Virus record (IMG/VR): IMGVR_UViG_3300021962_000141
Span: 1 to 54,113 of that record
Strand: one strand, 5' to 3'
Source: a virus
Taxonomy: Duplodnaviria; Caudoviricetes
DNA length: 54,113 nucleotides
The notes below the pieces were generated by a model, which worked only from the letters and a program-made list of their open reading frames with translations, was not told the origin of the DNA and did not search any database. The position numbers were made by a program, and so were the translations under genes. Positions 9,021 to 18,096 of this stretch are shown in pieces. Within the stretch, counting starts at the first letter, position 1. Every line of letters starts with the position of its first letter.

Positions 9021-9046
9021 AAAAAAAGCCCGGATTATCCGGGCTT
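9021..9046 (-). terminator. Rho-independent terminator after tail tube gene
   Basis: AAGCCCGGA-TAA-TCCGGGCTTTTTTT. Confidence 0.9.
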
Positions 9047-9063
9047 GATTTTTTGTTAAGACC

Positions 9064-9696
9064 TTAACTACCTGTAGCTAGGCTACCGACTGTTCTAGCA
9101 CCAATATTTCTACCAATGCCATCGATGCCGCCGCCTTTGTATTGGATCGCATTATCGTAACGCATTGCTAGAGCGATCATTGCTGGCTCATTTGATGTAT
9201 AGTTTAAATCGCCGTAATCGATATTTTGTACAAAACAACCATACAATTCAAACGTTTCTAGCACGTTAGGTGTCTGTGCTCCGTTACCGCCGTCGAGTAC
9301 TTCGATTAATGTGGTAAATTTATAGTCCTGTGCTGACGCTGCCCCAGACTGCTCGAAGAAATCGAACTGCTTCTGGATTTGTTCGCCGCACAATCTTTGT
9401 ATAGACCCTGTTGCATCATCTCTGACGTTTAGAGTAACTGGTTCCCAGTTATGACGACCCGCTAAGTAAACTCTCGAATTATAAACTGGAAGTTCGATTT
9501 CTTCAAAGTTGATTTTAGGTCGGGTAATGTCATTTACCTGTTTTGTTAATTCAGTTGCTACTGTTCCATTTGCCCCGAAGCCTTGTAAGACGACCCTAAA
9601 TCTGTACTTTAGCTTGGGCATCAACAGGCCTTGAGCACTAGACGAAGCGTCTGTTGCTAGAGGTACTGTTAATTTTGATAGTGTTGAAATTGCCAT
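9064..9696 (-). CDS. gp19: Tail tube protein
   Basis: KYRFRV, RPKINFEEIELPVYNSRVYLAGRHNWEPVTLNVRDD, FELYGCF..NIDYGDLNY; adjacent to sheath; SD GGAG. Confidence 0.9.
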   Translation of the reverse strand: MAISTLSKLTVPLATDASSSAQGLLMPKLKYRFRVVLQGFGANGTVATELTKQVNDITRPKINFEEIELPVYNSRVYLAGRHNWEPVTLNVRDDATGSIQRLCGEQIQKQFDFFEQSGAASAQDYKFTTLIEVLDGGNGAQTPNVLETFELYGCFVQNIDYGDLNYTSNEPAMIALAMRYDNAIQYKGGGIDGIGRNIGARTVGSLATGS

Positions 9697-9718
9697 ATTC
9701 TTATGCTCCGGATAATGT

Positions 9719-9724
9719 TATTTA
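9719..9724 (-). promoter_or_regulatory. T4-like late promoter for tail tube (leadered)
   Basis: TAAATA 22 nt upstream of ATG with GGAG SD between. Confidence 0.65.
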
Positions 9725-9736
9725 TCTCTTGACATC

Positions 9737-9754
9737 GGGGGATTTTTATCCCCC
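9737..9754 (-). other. Stem-loop between sheath and tube genes
   Basis: GGGGGAT-N4-ATCCCCC, no U-tract. Confidence 0.55.
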
Positions 9755-9759
9755 AATTA

Positions 9760-12700
9760 TCAAGACGCTCTTGACGCTGCTATCTCTCCTGTGTTCTTCA
9801 ATCTTAATGGTATGTAGATAAATTCGATTGCTTTTACTGGTTCAATTGCGATATCTACATATAATTCATTTCGATCAATTCTTGCTGGAGTATTGTTTGT
9901 TTCATCACAAACTACTGCGTAGTCATAGATAGCACGTAGACCTACAAGCTCTAGCAATAAACTTTCAACAGCCTGTCTAACTTCATCCCTTGTTAACTTG
10001 TCATTAGGTTCAAATACAAACGGTTTAGCGAGTTTACTTAGCTGGCTGCGTAGATAAATTACCAATCTCGCTACGTTAATTCTATCTAGTGCTGATGTAC
10101 CGGCACTTAGAGTTTTTTGACCGTAGTTAACTAATCCAACTCCGTTGAAAAAAGTCAGTGGGTTAATTTTAACTGTTGATAAAGTGTCTCGTTGTCCTTC
10201 TGTTAAAGCTACTGGAACAAACTCACCTGTACGACCGTTTAGATAACCGACTGAAGTAGCATTAGTGATTCCGCCCCTTCTAATACCAGCAGGAGCAAAC
10301 CAAGGATACGCTACTTGATCGTTCAACGCAATAGTACGTAACATCATGTGACTTGCTGGTACCATGATTGTATTACCGCTGTTATCGCTAGTTAAACCGG
10401 AAGGATAAAATACGCCAGCATACGGATCAGCACTTATTAGTCCTGTATCTCCGTTATCAGTGGCGCTGTTTAGATTTAATCCCCAATCATTTAATGTATT
10501 GGTTTCAGAGGTTAGTCTGAAAGGTGAATCACCAACGACAAATGCTGTAGTACCTCTGTCAATGTTGAGTTCGATCATATTTTGAATTAGTTCAGGATAT
10601 CCAGGACATGATATAAGATTAAAATTCCTTATTTCATCTTCTCTAATTTCTCTGTTCGAATTCACTAATCCTTTTAGTGATGTTACAACAACTTGACGCT
10701 GTGCCTTTCGACCAAACTCTTCACCTGAATCGGATACCCAACGTGCTGGTTCGTAATCTATCATCGATTCATCACCATAGCGACCGTTGTCACTAGCTGT
10801 GTTGACATGATTCCTTACATATTTTTTAATGTTAAATCCGCTTCTACGTGTGTTGAATAACAAGATTCCCCTTGGATACAAGTCAGGATCTGGAGCATCA
10901 TAATCAACAAAGTCGCTAGACAACAAGTCTACGATAGTAGCTGGATCTTTTGATTCGCCATTTAAATCCCATCTAGCATCAGCAAATATAATTCCATCCT
11001 CAGATGTGCTGTCTTTTTTATCTATTAATACCCAATTGTTTGCTGTTTGGTCTGTTAAACCATCTTGATATTTGTAAATTACAGGATAGTTTTCGAGATC
11101 GCTGGTGTCGATCCATAGATCACCTGTTACTAGTGCTGTACCATCGTTTTGTACTAATGGTCTTGTTGTAGAAACGATTGGGCCTAGTTGATCTGTTCCG
11201 TTAGAGTAGAACGGAGATGCTGTTGTAGAGATTCCGCCACTACCGCTGTATCGATATCCGACCCAGGCCGAACCGTTATGAATCATAATATCTGGCTCGT
11301 CGATGATACTGCTGAACCATCTTTGTCCGTCTGCAGGATCATTTAATGGAGCATCAGCTGCTGCTACATATCCTGTAGCAGTTCCAGACATTGGTATGTA
11401 ATTACTGATTACATAATCAAAGTCACTGCTAACGCTAGGCGAACCGTAAAAATTAGCTGTGCCGGTAGCATCAGTGATATCATATTCGATAAAACCAGCG
11501 TCTGCGAATAGATCGTCGCCGTCGATGATTCGAATTTCACCGCCTAATGTGTGAGTAATAGTTAGTTTACCATCAACTACTGTGGCTTCAACATTGACTA
11601 AATCGGAGTTGTTAATAGCTTGGCGTAATGTATTAGCATCAGCACCAGTACCTGCTGCTGTAAACGATATCGATACAGGACTTGAAAGGGCTGAACTGTT
11701 TACAAGACTTTCTCTCATGCTGAAAGTGTATGTTCCGCTAAATGTCCCCGCACCAATAGTATCCGATGTTACTGATGTAGCACCTTTGATTTTTCTAACG
11801 AAAATCTTGAAGCTAGCTGTTTGAGGTGTGCTGTCGTAGCCAGTATCTTCAGTATAGTTGTATTGTACATACACAGTATCTTTATCGATGCTTGATCCGC
11901 CCCCGGTTTTGTTTACACCATAGATAGCACCTTGAGCGTTTGCTGCCAAAGGAGCAGCTACTTCTAACCAAGATTTTGAAGCAGAATTCCAACGCTTTAT
12001 TCTCCAACGAGCACCTAGATTAGGATCTGTAGTCTTAACCCAGATAGAACCACTTGGTCTGGCAATAGCTGCGTTCGATTTCCACTGTGGAACTTGAGTG
12101 TGTGGAGACATTGTTAGTTCTGGACCATAATATGTTCCAGCCGCAATGCCAAACAGTGTAGAGATTGTAGCTGACCCGTCTTGTAAAACAATAGCATTGC
12201 TGCCAGTAGAATCACCGACCATGTCGTCTGTGGTGTCTGTGATGAATAAAGTTACAAACCCGTTAACGCTGGCTGCTCTAACACCTTGTATCAGTGCGTT
12301 ATTGATCAATGTTACCATGCCTTCAACTGTTGTATACGCTGGTACGTTGATCTGTACACCATTGATAACAAATGTTGTTCCTGTAGTTTGAGAAGAATGG
12401 CCGTCGATTTCTGCTGTAAACGCAGGCCAAAACTTACGCCATTCGCTGGTTCCTAATAGTTCCCAAGAAATTGGCTCTCCTACTGCTGTATAATCTTTGC
12501 CTTTGTAATAGATTCTAATAACATCAGAAGCCGCTACAACAGCATAATCGCCTACACGACCAACACCTGTGGCTGGTTCATTACCGTTTAGGCTTTCTGT
12601 ATCTTCTGCGGTGATAACGATAGGAGATTTATTATTAAATTTCTGTCCTGATAAATTAGCAGGAGCAGAGTCCCACTCAAAAATACCCCAGTTTGTACTT

Positions 12701-13119
12701 TGAGTGTCTAGCCACCATTGGCCGCTTGTGGCTTCGGATCCTGGAGTTTCTGACTTTGCTGTTAGATCGTCTAGGTTTACTGCTGCTCTCACGACGTAGG
12801 CAGTATTAGCTGACCCCAAGAAGCTGTAAGCAGCCTGTAGTCCGTATTCGTTCTGTTCGCCGCCGTGTATAGGCGAACCTGAAATTGTTCTCTTAAATGA
12901 TGGTACGCCAAAGAAATCAACAAGTTCTCTCTGACTAGAAACTTTATACACTTTACCAGCATTGGTGGCAAGTGTTCCTTGTGCGGTTCCTGTTCCGCTA
13001 GCGTTTGATTTGTTTTCTGCTGTAGCAATTACGATCAATGGAGTTGTGCTGCTTTCAGCTGGGGTATAAAAACTCTCATCAATTACTGTAACTTCTACGC
13101 CTGGTGAATTTAGTGCCAT
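9760..13119 (-). CDS. gp18: Tail sheath protein, 1119 aa (start corrected from 13173)
   Basis: MALNSPGVEVTVIDES start with SD AGGAG; PWFAPAGIRRG, INPL, YGQKTL, DRINVARL, FVFEPND, PVKAIEFIYI. Confidence 0.96.
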   Translation of the reverse strand: MALNSPGVEVTVIDESFYTPAESSTTPLIVIATAENKSNASGTGTAQGTLATNAGKVYKVSSQRELVDFFGVPSFKRTISGSPIHGGEQNEYGLQAAYSFLGSANTAYVVRAAVNLDDLTAKSETPGSEATSGQWWLDTQSTNWGIFEWDSAPANLSGQKFNNKSPIVITAEDTESLNGNEPATGVGRVGDYAVVAASDVIRIYYKGKDYTAVGEPISWELLGTSEWRKFWPAFTAEIDGHSSQTTGTTFVINGVQINVPAYTTVEGMVTLINNALIQGVRAASVNGFVTLFITDTTDDMVGDSTGSNAIVLQDGSATISTLFGIAAGTYYGPELTMSPHTQVPQWKSNAAIARPSGSIWVKTTDPNLGARWRIKRWNSASKSWLEVAAPLAANAQGAIYGVNKTGGGSSIDKDTVYVQYNYTEDTGYDSTPQTASFKIFVRKIKGATSVTSDTIGAGTFSGTYTFSMRESLVNSSALSSPVSISFTAAGTGADANTLRQAINNSDLVNVEATVVDGKLTITHTLGGEIRIIDGDDLFADAGFIEYDITDATGTANFYGSPSVSSDFDYVISNYIPMSGTATGYVAAADAPLNDPADGQRWFSSIIDEPDIMIHNGSAWVGYRYSGSGGISTTASPFYSNGTDQLGPIVSTTRPLVQNDGTALVTGDLWIDTSDLENYPVIYKYQDGLTDQTANNWVLIDKKDSTSEDGIIFADARWDLNGESKDPATIVDLLSSDFVDYDAPDPDLYPRGILLFNTRRSGFNIKKYVRNHVNTASDNGRYGDESMIDYEPARWVSDSGEEFGRKAQRQVVVTSLKGLVNSNREIREDEIRNFNLISCPGYPELIQNMIELNIDRGTTAFVVGDSPFRLTSETNTLNDWGLNLNSATDNGDTGLISADPYAGVFYPSGLTSDNSGNTIMVPASHMMLRTIALNDQVAYPWFAPAGIRRGGITNATSVGYLNGRTGEFVPVALTEGQRDTLSTVKINPLTFFNGVGLVNYGQKTLSAGTSALDRINVARLVIYLRSQLSKLAKPFVFEPNDKLTRDEVRQAVESLLLELVGLRAIYDYAVVCDETNNTPARIDRNELYVDIAIEPVKAIEFIYIPLRLKNTGEIAASRAS

Positions 13120-13154
13120 TCCGTTATCTCCTGATGGTTTAAATCTTGTATTAA

Positions 13155-13160
13155 TATTTA
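13155..13160 (-). promoter_or_regulatory. T4-like late promoter for sheath (second TAAATA at 13183-13188)
   Basis: TAAATA in the intergenic region upstream of the SD. Confidence 0.6.
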
Positions 13161-13225
13161 TTCGGCAAACCAAAAAACACTGTATTTAAACCATAGGAAA
13201 AGGGGCGAAAAAGGTCCAATATCTT

Positions 13226-13231
13226 TAAATA
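13226..13231 (+). promoter_or_regulatory. T4-like late promoter, leaderless arrangement
   Basis: TAAATA-CTAGT-ATG on the plus strand. Confidence 0.7.
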
Positions 13232-13236
13232 CTAGT

Positions 13237-13572
13237 ATGAGACCCCTTTGTAAATGTGGATATAGGCTTGCTGCGATTAATTATCGCAAGGGAAAAAAGA
13301 TCTATTATAGATCCCTATGTGAAATATGTCTAAAGCATGGAAAATATCACGGAATACCTAGGTGGCATAGAGCCGGGTATCGTAAGAAAAATCAGTGTGA
13401 TAAGTGCGGCTTTAAGTCGCTCCACCCTGAGATTTTTTCAGTCTATCACGTTGATGAAGATTTAGATAATTGTAAAATATCGAATCTTAAAACAGTATGT
13501 GCTAACTGCCAGCGTGTTCTAGCCAAAGAAGGCATTAAGTGGAAACAAGGCGATCTTGTGGCTGACTTTTAA
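13237..13572 (+). CDS. Zn-binding HNH-like protein
   Basis: CxC, CxxC, CDKC...YHVD-x4-N-x4-NL-x3-CANC pattern. Confidence 0.75.
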   Translation: MRPLCKCGYRLAAINYRKGKKIYYRSLCEICLKHGKYHGIPRWHRAGYRKKNQCDKCGFKSLHPEIFSVYHVDEDLDNCKISNLKTVCANCQRVLAKEGIKWKQGDLVADF

Positions 13573-14194
13573 TCAGAGTTTCAAGTTTTTCAAATAGATC
13601 TGATATATCAGCGTTATTATCTAGCACAGCATCGAACTTAGTTCCCACCCAAGCAGTTTCTGAAGCGTGTATCTTAAATTGTGCTAACCTGTCCTTGCTT
13701 AACGCCCAGTTCATGTGTTTAGGACCCGCATTTACCGCTACTGCATCTTGGTACCAGTCAGGCTCAGGACCACGAACTACACGTACTACAATTCCTCCGG
13801 CGTTTTTAATACTGGCTATTTCGTTAGGGAAACGACAGTCTGATATCACTACATTATCTTTGGAGTTACGGATTTTATTTTCTAGGCTAGCGATCCAGAT
13901 GTCGTCATGGAAACTTTTACGGCAAACTTCTGTACCCCAATATTGAAGGACCCATCGAGGAGTAAGTGTAGGCATATCTAGTCTAGCTGCCCACCATGGA
14001 TCCACTTGCTCTCGCCACTCTCGGGCTTCCTTAGTACGCCCTTCTAGCATAGTCCGGTCCCAACCAAAAACTGCTGCTACTGCGTCCTTTAATGTATTGG
14101 CAAATGACTCTCGTCTAAATTCGTGAAAATTAACTAGGTAATCAGCGATAGTATCTTTACCGCTGCCGATAAATCCGCATACTCCAATAATCAT
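13535..14194 (-). CDS. gp1: Deoxynucleoside monophosphate kinase
   Basis: IIGVCGFIGSGKDT P-loop, SFANTLKD, TPRWVLQYWGTEV, ISDCRFPNE, HASE. Confidence 0.94.
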   Translation of the reverse strand: MIIGVCGFIGSGKDTIADYLVNFHEFRRESFANTLKDAVAAVFGWDRTMLEGRTKEAREWREQVDPWWAARLDMPTLTPRWVLQYWGTEVCRKSFHDDIWIASLENKIRNSKDNVVISDCRFPNEIASIKNAGGIVVRVVRGPEPDWYQDAVAVNAGPKHMNWALSKDRLAQFKIHASETAWVGTKFDAVLDNNADISDLFEKLETLIKSQPQDRLVST

Positions 14195-14216
14195 AATATC
14201 TCCTAACGATAAAGAT

Positions 14217-14245
14217 ATTATAGCAGATTTTTGATATTAGGTCAA
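14217..14245 (-). promoter_or_regulatory. sigma70-type promoter for dNMP kinase
   Basis: TTGACC(14240-14245)-N17-TATAAT(14217-14222) with extended -10 TGn. Confidence 0.85.
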
Positions 14246-14255
14246 CGATTAAGAA

Positions 14256-15020
14256 TTAACCGATTACAAAGGTGTAACCGGCATTAGCATGACCTGGGAC
14301 ATAATTGACTAGTTCTGCGGTTAATCGATCAATGTCGGCTTGTGCCTCTTGTTTGAGTGTAGCACCGTTTAGGCTAGTACCGCCCTGTGGGCCAGCAATT
14401 TGAGCAAATTTTTCACGTGCCTGTCCTAGCATCATTTTACAGTTAGCTAATGTGTAGTCTTTGATCCATTGCCCAGCATAGGTATCAACAAGGATCGCCA
14501 CATCTGGTCTTGTGTTGTAGCACCAAAGCATGATTTCTTCGTCAGTTCTAGGACGCTGATGTATGGTTAATTTATGAGATTGGGCATGCCAAGTAAACTG
14601 TATAAAACTACCAAACATTTTACCTACACGTTCTTGATAGCCTGCGAAAAGTTCGTAGGTTAAAAGACCTCCCATGTTTGTAGAACTCAAAAGATAGGTA
14701 TTTGTATAGGCTAGATTGAACGGTTCAAAAACAGTACCACCATTTCCACCACCTGATCTAGATCCAATACTTCTACGATATATTTCTCTAACAACCTGTA
14801 TTTCGGGCGGTAAAATGTATTCGTTTTGATCTTCTGAGAGTGTTAGGAAAGCAAAACTTTCTTCTACAGAATTATCACCACGCTGGCGGAAAACTCCTAG
14901 ACTTCGCTGAAACGCCGTTTCGTAGTGCTGCGGGTCTAGTTCTACGTCAACCATGCCGTCGCCTAGCATTAAACGGCAGTAGTCAAACACCTTCTGTTTT
15001 TCTTGATCTAATTGGCTCAT
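14256..15020 (-). CDS. gp13: Neck protein gp13-like
   Basis: LGDGMVDVELD..H, WIKDYTLANCK.MLG.AR.KF...GP.GG.SLNG..L..EA. Confidence 0.88.
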   Translation of the reverse strand: MSQLDQEKQKVFDYCRLMLGDGMVDVELDPQHYETAFQRSLGVFRQRGDNSVEESFAFLTLSEDQNEYILPPEIQVVREIYRRSIGSRSGGGNGGTVFEPFNLAYTNTYLLSSTNMGGLLTYELFAGYQERVGKMFGSFIQFTWHAQSHKLTIHQRPRTDEEIMLWCYNTRPDVAILVDTYAGQWIKDYTLANCKMMLGQAREKFAQIAGPQGGTSLNGATLKQEAQADIDRLTAELVNYVPGHANAGYTFVIG

Positions 15021-15025
15021 GCTAG

Positions 15026-15046
15026 TATTTATCGTAGCGGTAAATA
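15026..15046. promoter_or_regulatory. Back-to-back divergent late promoters for gp13 and gp14
   Basis: TAAATA on minus (15026-15031, N5 to ATG) and on plus (15041-15046, N7 to ATG 15054). Confidence 0.7.
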
Positions 15047-15053
15047 TATGACT

Positions 15054-16268
15054 ATGCCAAGACTTTCGCTTTATCGCCCAGAAAAGGGCAATGATTACAA
15101 ATTTATCGATAAAACCGTCTGGGAAATGTTCCAGGTAGGCGGTGTTGATGTTTTAGTACACAAATATGCAGGCCCAGGTGATCCATTACCTGGTGCTAGT
15201 ACGCCTACTACACCTATATATTCGGGCGGAATTCCTGAGCTACAAATACAAGATCTTTTATTTTTAGAAAATCGAGATAGAAAATATGATCCCGATGTGT
15301 ACATTCTTAGAGGTGTATACAATATAACAGATCTAGACTTTAATCTAACACAGTTTGGATTATTTTTACAAAACGACACAATCTTTATCACTTTCCATAT
15401 CAATGACACCGTAGAAAAATTAGGAAGAAAATTGATCGCAGGTGATGTCATAGAATTGCCGCATCTAAAAGATTACCACGCACTCAACGATTTAAAATTT
15501 GCCTTAAAACGATTCTATGTTATTGAGGAAGTTAACAGGGCAGCAGAAGGATTTTCATCGACTTGGTATCCGCACTTATATCGTGCTAAATGCACTCCAT
15601 TAGTTGACAGTCAGGAATTCAAACAGATACTAGATGGTCTTGCCGATGATTCTGGCGAGGACACTAATACAACTCTACGTGACATAATGAGCACCTACGA
15701 AACTGAGATGAGAATCACAGAAGCGGTGTTAGATCAAGCAGAGTCAGACGCACCTAAGAGCGGCTACGATACTACGATGTACTATACCGTTCCGTTGGAC
15801 GAAGAAGGAAATGTTAAATTAGTCACTACTGATACCGGCGATATCGAAGCTAGTAATGACGGCAGCGGTGTAGATGCTAGCGTGATTATCGCTACACCAA
15901 CCAAAGACGGGTATCAAAACTATCATGAAGATGGAGCAACACCTAATGGGGCTCCGTTCACTAGTGGTATTACATTTCCTGGTAATCCTGTAGACGGACA
16001 ATTTTGTCTACGTACAGATTATTTTCCTAAGAGATTATTTAGATTCAATGGCCGCAGATGGGTTAAGTACGAAGACAATGTACGCATGACAATGAGTAAT
16101 CTAGGAACTACTGACACCGAGTCTGGAGAAAGATTCGAAGGCAGAGATACAAGACAAAACCAAAAAGGCACGTTTATCAATAACACTAATGAACGTATGA
16201 TAGACGGCAAATTGGTTAAAGAAAAACAGAGCTTGAGCAAAGCACTACGACCTAAGGCAGACGAATAA
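15054..16268 (+). CDS. gp14: Neck/head-closure protein gp14-like, 404 aa (start corrected from 15012)
   Basis: MPRLSLYRP start downstream of TAAATA; LTQFGLFL, LGRK...GDVIELPH motifs; position between gp13 and gp15. Confidence 0.75.
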   Translation: MPRLSLYRPEKGNDYKFIDKTVWEMFQVGGVDVLVHKYAGPGDPLPGASTPTTPIYSGGIPELQIQDLLFLENRDRKYDPDVYILRGVYNITDLDFNLTQFGLFLQNDTIFITFHINDTVEKLGRKLIAGDVIELPHLKDYHALNDLKFALKRFYVIEEVNRAAEGFSSTWYPHLYRAKCTPLVDSQEFKQILDGLADDSGEDTNTTLRDIMSTYETEMRITEAVLDQAESDAPKSGYDTTMYYTVPLDEEGNVKLVTTDTGDIEASNDGSGVDASVIIATPTKDGYQNYHEDGATPNGAPFTSGITFPGNPVDGQFCLRTDYFPKRLFRFNGRRWVKYEDNVRMTMSNLGTTDTESGERFEGRDTRQNQKGTFINNTNERMIDGKLVKEKQSLSKALRPKADE

Positions 16269-17698
16269 TGGATTTTTTCTACGATGGCCAGATAAGAAGA
16301 TACGTGACTCAGTTCATGAGGATCTTTATTGGTTTTAAATTTCAATCCGGTGATGGCACACTGAAACAGGTGCCTGTTGCCTACGGAGATTTAACAAAAC
16401 AGGTAGCACAGATTATCAAAGAAAATTCTGAAAATAAATTAGCAAGCGTTCCTAAAATCGCCTGCTATATAACTGGTATAGAACTAGATAGAGCAAGATT
16501 AGCTGATGCTAGCTATGTTAGCAAGATCAGCATTAGAGGAAGGTCCTACGAATCATTTGATGATGAAACAGGAGAGCCAGTGTACGATAATACACAAGGC
16601 GGAGGTTATACAGTAGAACGCCTAATGCCCACTCCATTCAAGCTGAGTATGCGAGCAGACATATGGACCAGCAATACCGATCAAAAACTTCAATTGTTAG
16701 AACAAATCATGGTTCTGTTTAATCCTAGCCTAGAAGTACAGACCACAGACAACTATATAGATTGGACCAGTCTTAGTGTAATAGAACTAGTAGCTTCTAC
16801 ATTTACTTCACGATCTATTCCACAAGGTACAGAAGTAGATATAGATATCTGTTCTCTAGATTTTGAAATGCCAATTTACATCAGTCCGCCAGTTAAAGTC
16901 AAGAAACTAGGCGTGGTACAAAACATTATCATGAATATGTTTGACGATGATGGTCAATTAAAGCCGTTAGCAGAACTAGCATTTAATGATCCCGCCGATG
17001 CCAAAGATATTAAAACTACATCTGTAATCACAACACCTGGAAATTTTGGAGTTTTATTATTATCATCGAAAACAGTTACTGGCGTTGAGACAGGTTCTTA
17101 TTATATTAGTGCTCTAGATCCCAACGAGGCTGTTGTCGAAAGCGGCCTAGATATACCTAGAAAAGGTGGAGCGGTTATTGATTGGAACAAGATCGTTCCT
17201 CAATATGGAAAGTACCGTCCTGGTATCAGCAGAATAAGATTTTTACAGCCTAGTGGTTACGAATTAGTAGGAACATTTACTATCAACGAAGTTGATTCTC
17301 AATTCCTAGTAGTAGATTTTGATTCAGATTCGGAACCACAAACAGATTTGATCATCAATGCTATTATAAATCCACAAACATTTGATCCTAGAAGCAATCT
17401 ACTAACAGGGATGAAATATCTAATATTAGAAGATATAGGTTCAATATCAAATATGGACGGTGCCGATGCGTGGAAGAATTCTGACGACACTGATTTTGTA
17501 GCTCCTGCTAATTCTATAGTCGAATGGGATGGCGACGATTGGAATATCATTTTTGATCCCACAGTCGAACACACTGGAACTTATTACATAAAAAATCTCA
17601 AAACTGGAATCCAATATAAGTGGGAAGACAATCAATGGTTAAAATCTTTTGAGGGAGAATATACTGCCGGATATTGGAGTTTTGATCTAGAAGGATGA
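16268..17698 (+). CDS. gp15: Tail sheath stabiliser/terminator gp15-like with C-terminal extension
   Basis: FFYDGQIRRY..QF...F, VPVAYG, MPTPF.L....DIWT.N..Q.LQLLEQI...FNP. Confidence 0.87.
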   Translation: MDFFYDGQIRRYVTQFMRIFIGFKFQSGDGTLKQVPVAYGDLTKQVAQIIKENSENKLASVPKIACYITGIELDRARLADASYVSKISIRGRSYESFDDETGEPVYDNTQGGGYTVERLMPTPFKLSMRADIWTSNTDQKLQLLEQIMVLFNPSLEVQTTDNYIDWTSLSVIELVASTFTSRSIPQGTEVDIDICSLDFEMPIYISPPVKVKKLGVVQNIIMNMFDDDGQLKPLAELAFNDPADAKDIKTTSVITTPGNFGVLLLSSKTVTGVETGSYYISALDPNEAVVESGLDIPRKGGAVIDWNKIVPQYGKYRPGISRIRFLQPSGYELVGTFTINEVDSQFLVVDFDSDSEPQTDLIINAIINPQTFDPRSNLLTGMKYLILEDIGSISNMDGADAWKNSDDTDFVAPANSIVEWDGDDWNIIFDPTVEHTGTYYIKNLKTGIQYKWEDNQWLKSFEGEYTAGYWSFDLEG

Positions 17699-18096
17699 TA
17701 TATAAAGGCATGCAGAAATATGCCGGAATCCTGTTTATGTCTAAAAAAACTTCTAGAATTCTAATGGTTCTAGAAGATCTCAAATGGACTGTTCCTAGTT
17801 TTGCCAGAGAAAAATCCGTAGTTGAAGATGCTGGAAAGATTATCGAACATTTTTACGGAAAACCCGCAAGACTGGTCCCTGTAGAATTATATCTTAGCCA
17901 AGATAAGGGATTTGAATTTTCAACCTATATATGCTTAGTCGAAGAAGAATTCGTCCCTTCTTCTGATCAAACGTTCTGCTGGTCAACAATAGACGTTCTG
18001 CCAAAAGGTCTACATTCAGGATTAAAAAATACCCTGACTGATAAAATTATCAAAACTAAAATTGATACTATTTTATTGATAGGAAATTCTTTATGA
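17695..18096 (+). CDS. NUDIX-fold-like protein lacking an intact Nudix box
   Basis: AGILF...RILMV...W.VP and EEEFVP...W...LP..LH.GL framework; no GX5EX7REUXEEXGU. Confidence 0.55.
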   Translation: MIYKGMQKYAGILFMSKKTSRILMVLEDLKWTVPSFAREKSVVEDAGKIIEHFYGKPARLVPVELYLSQDKGFEFSTYICLVEEEFVPSSDQTFCWSTIDVLPKGLHSGLKNTLTDKIIKTKIDTILLIGNSL

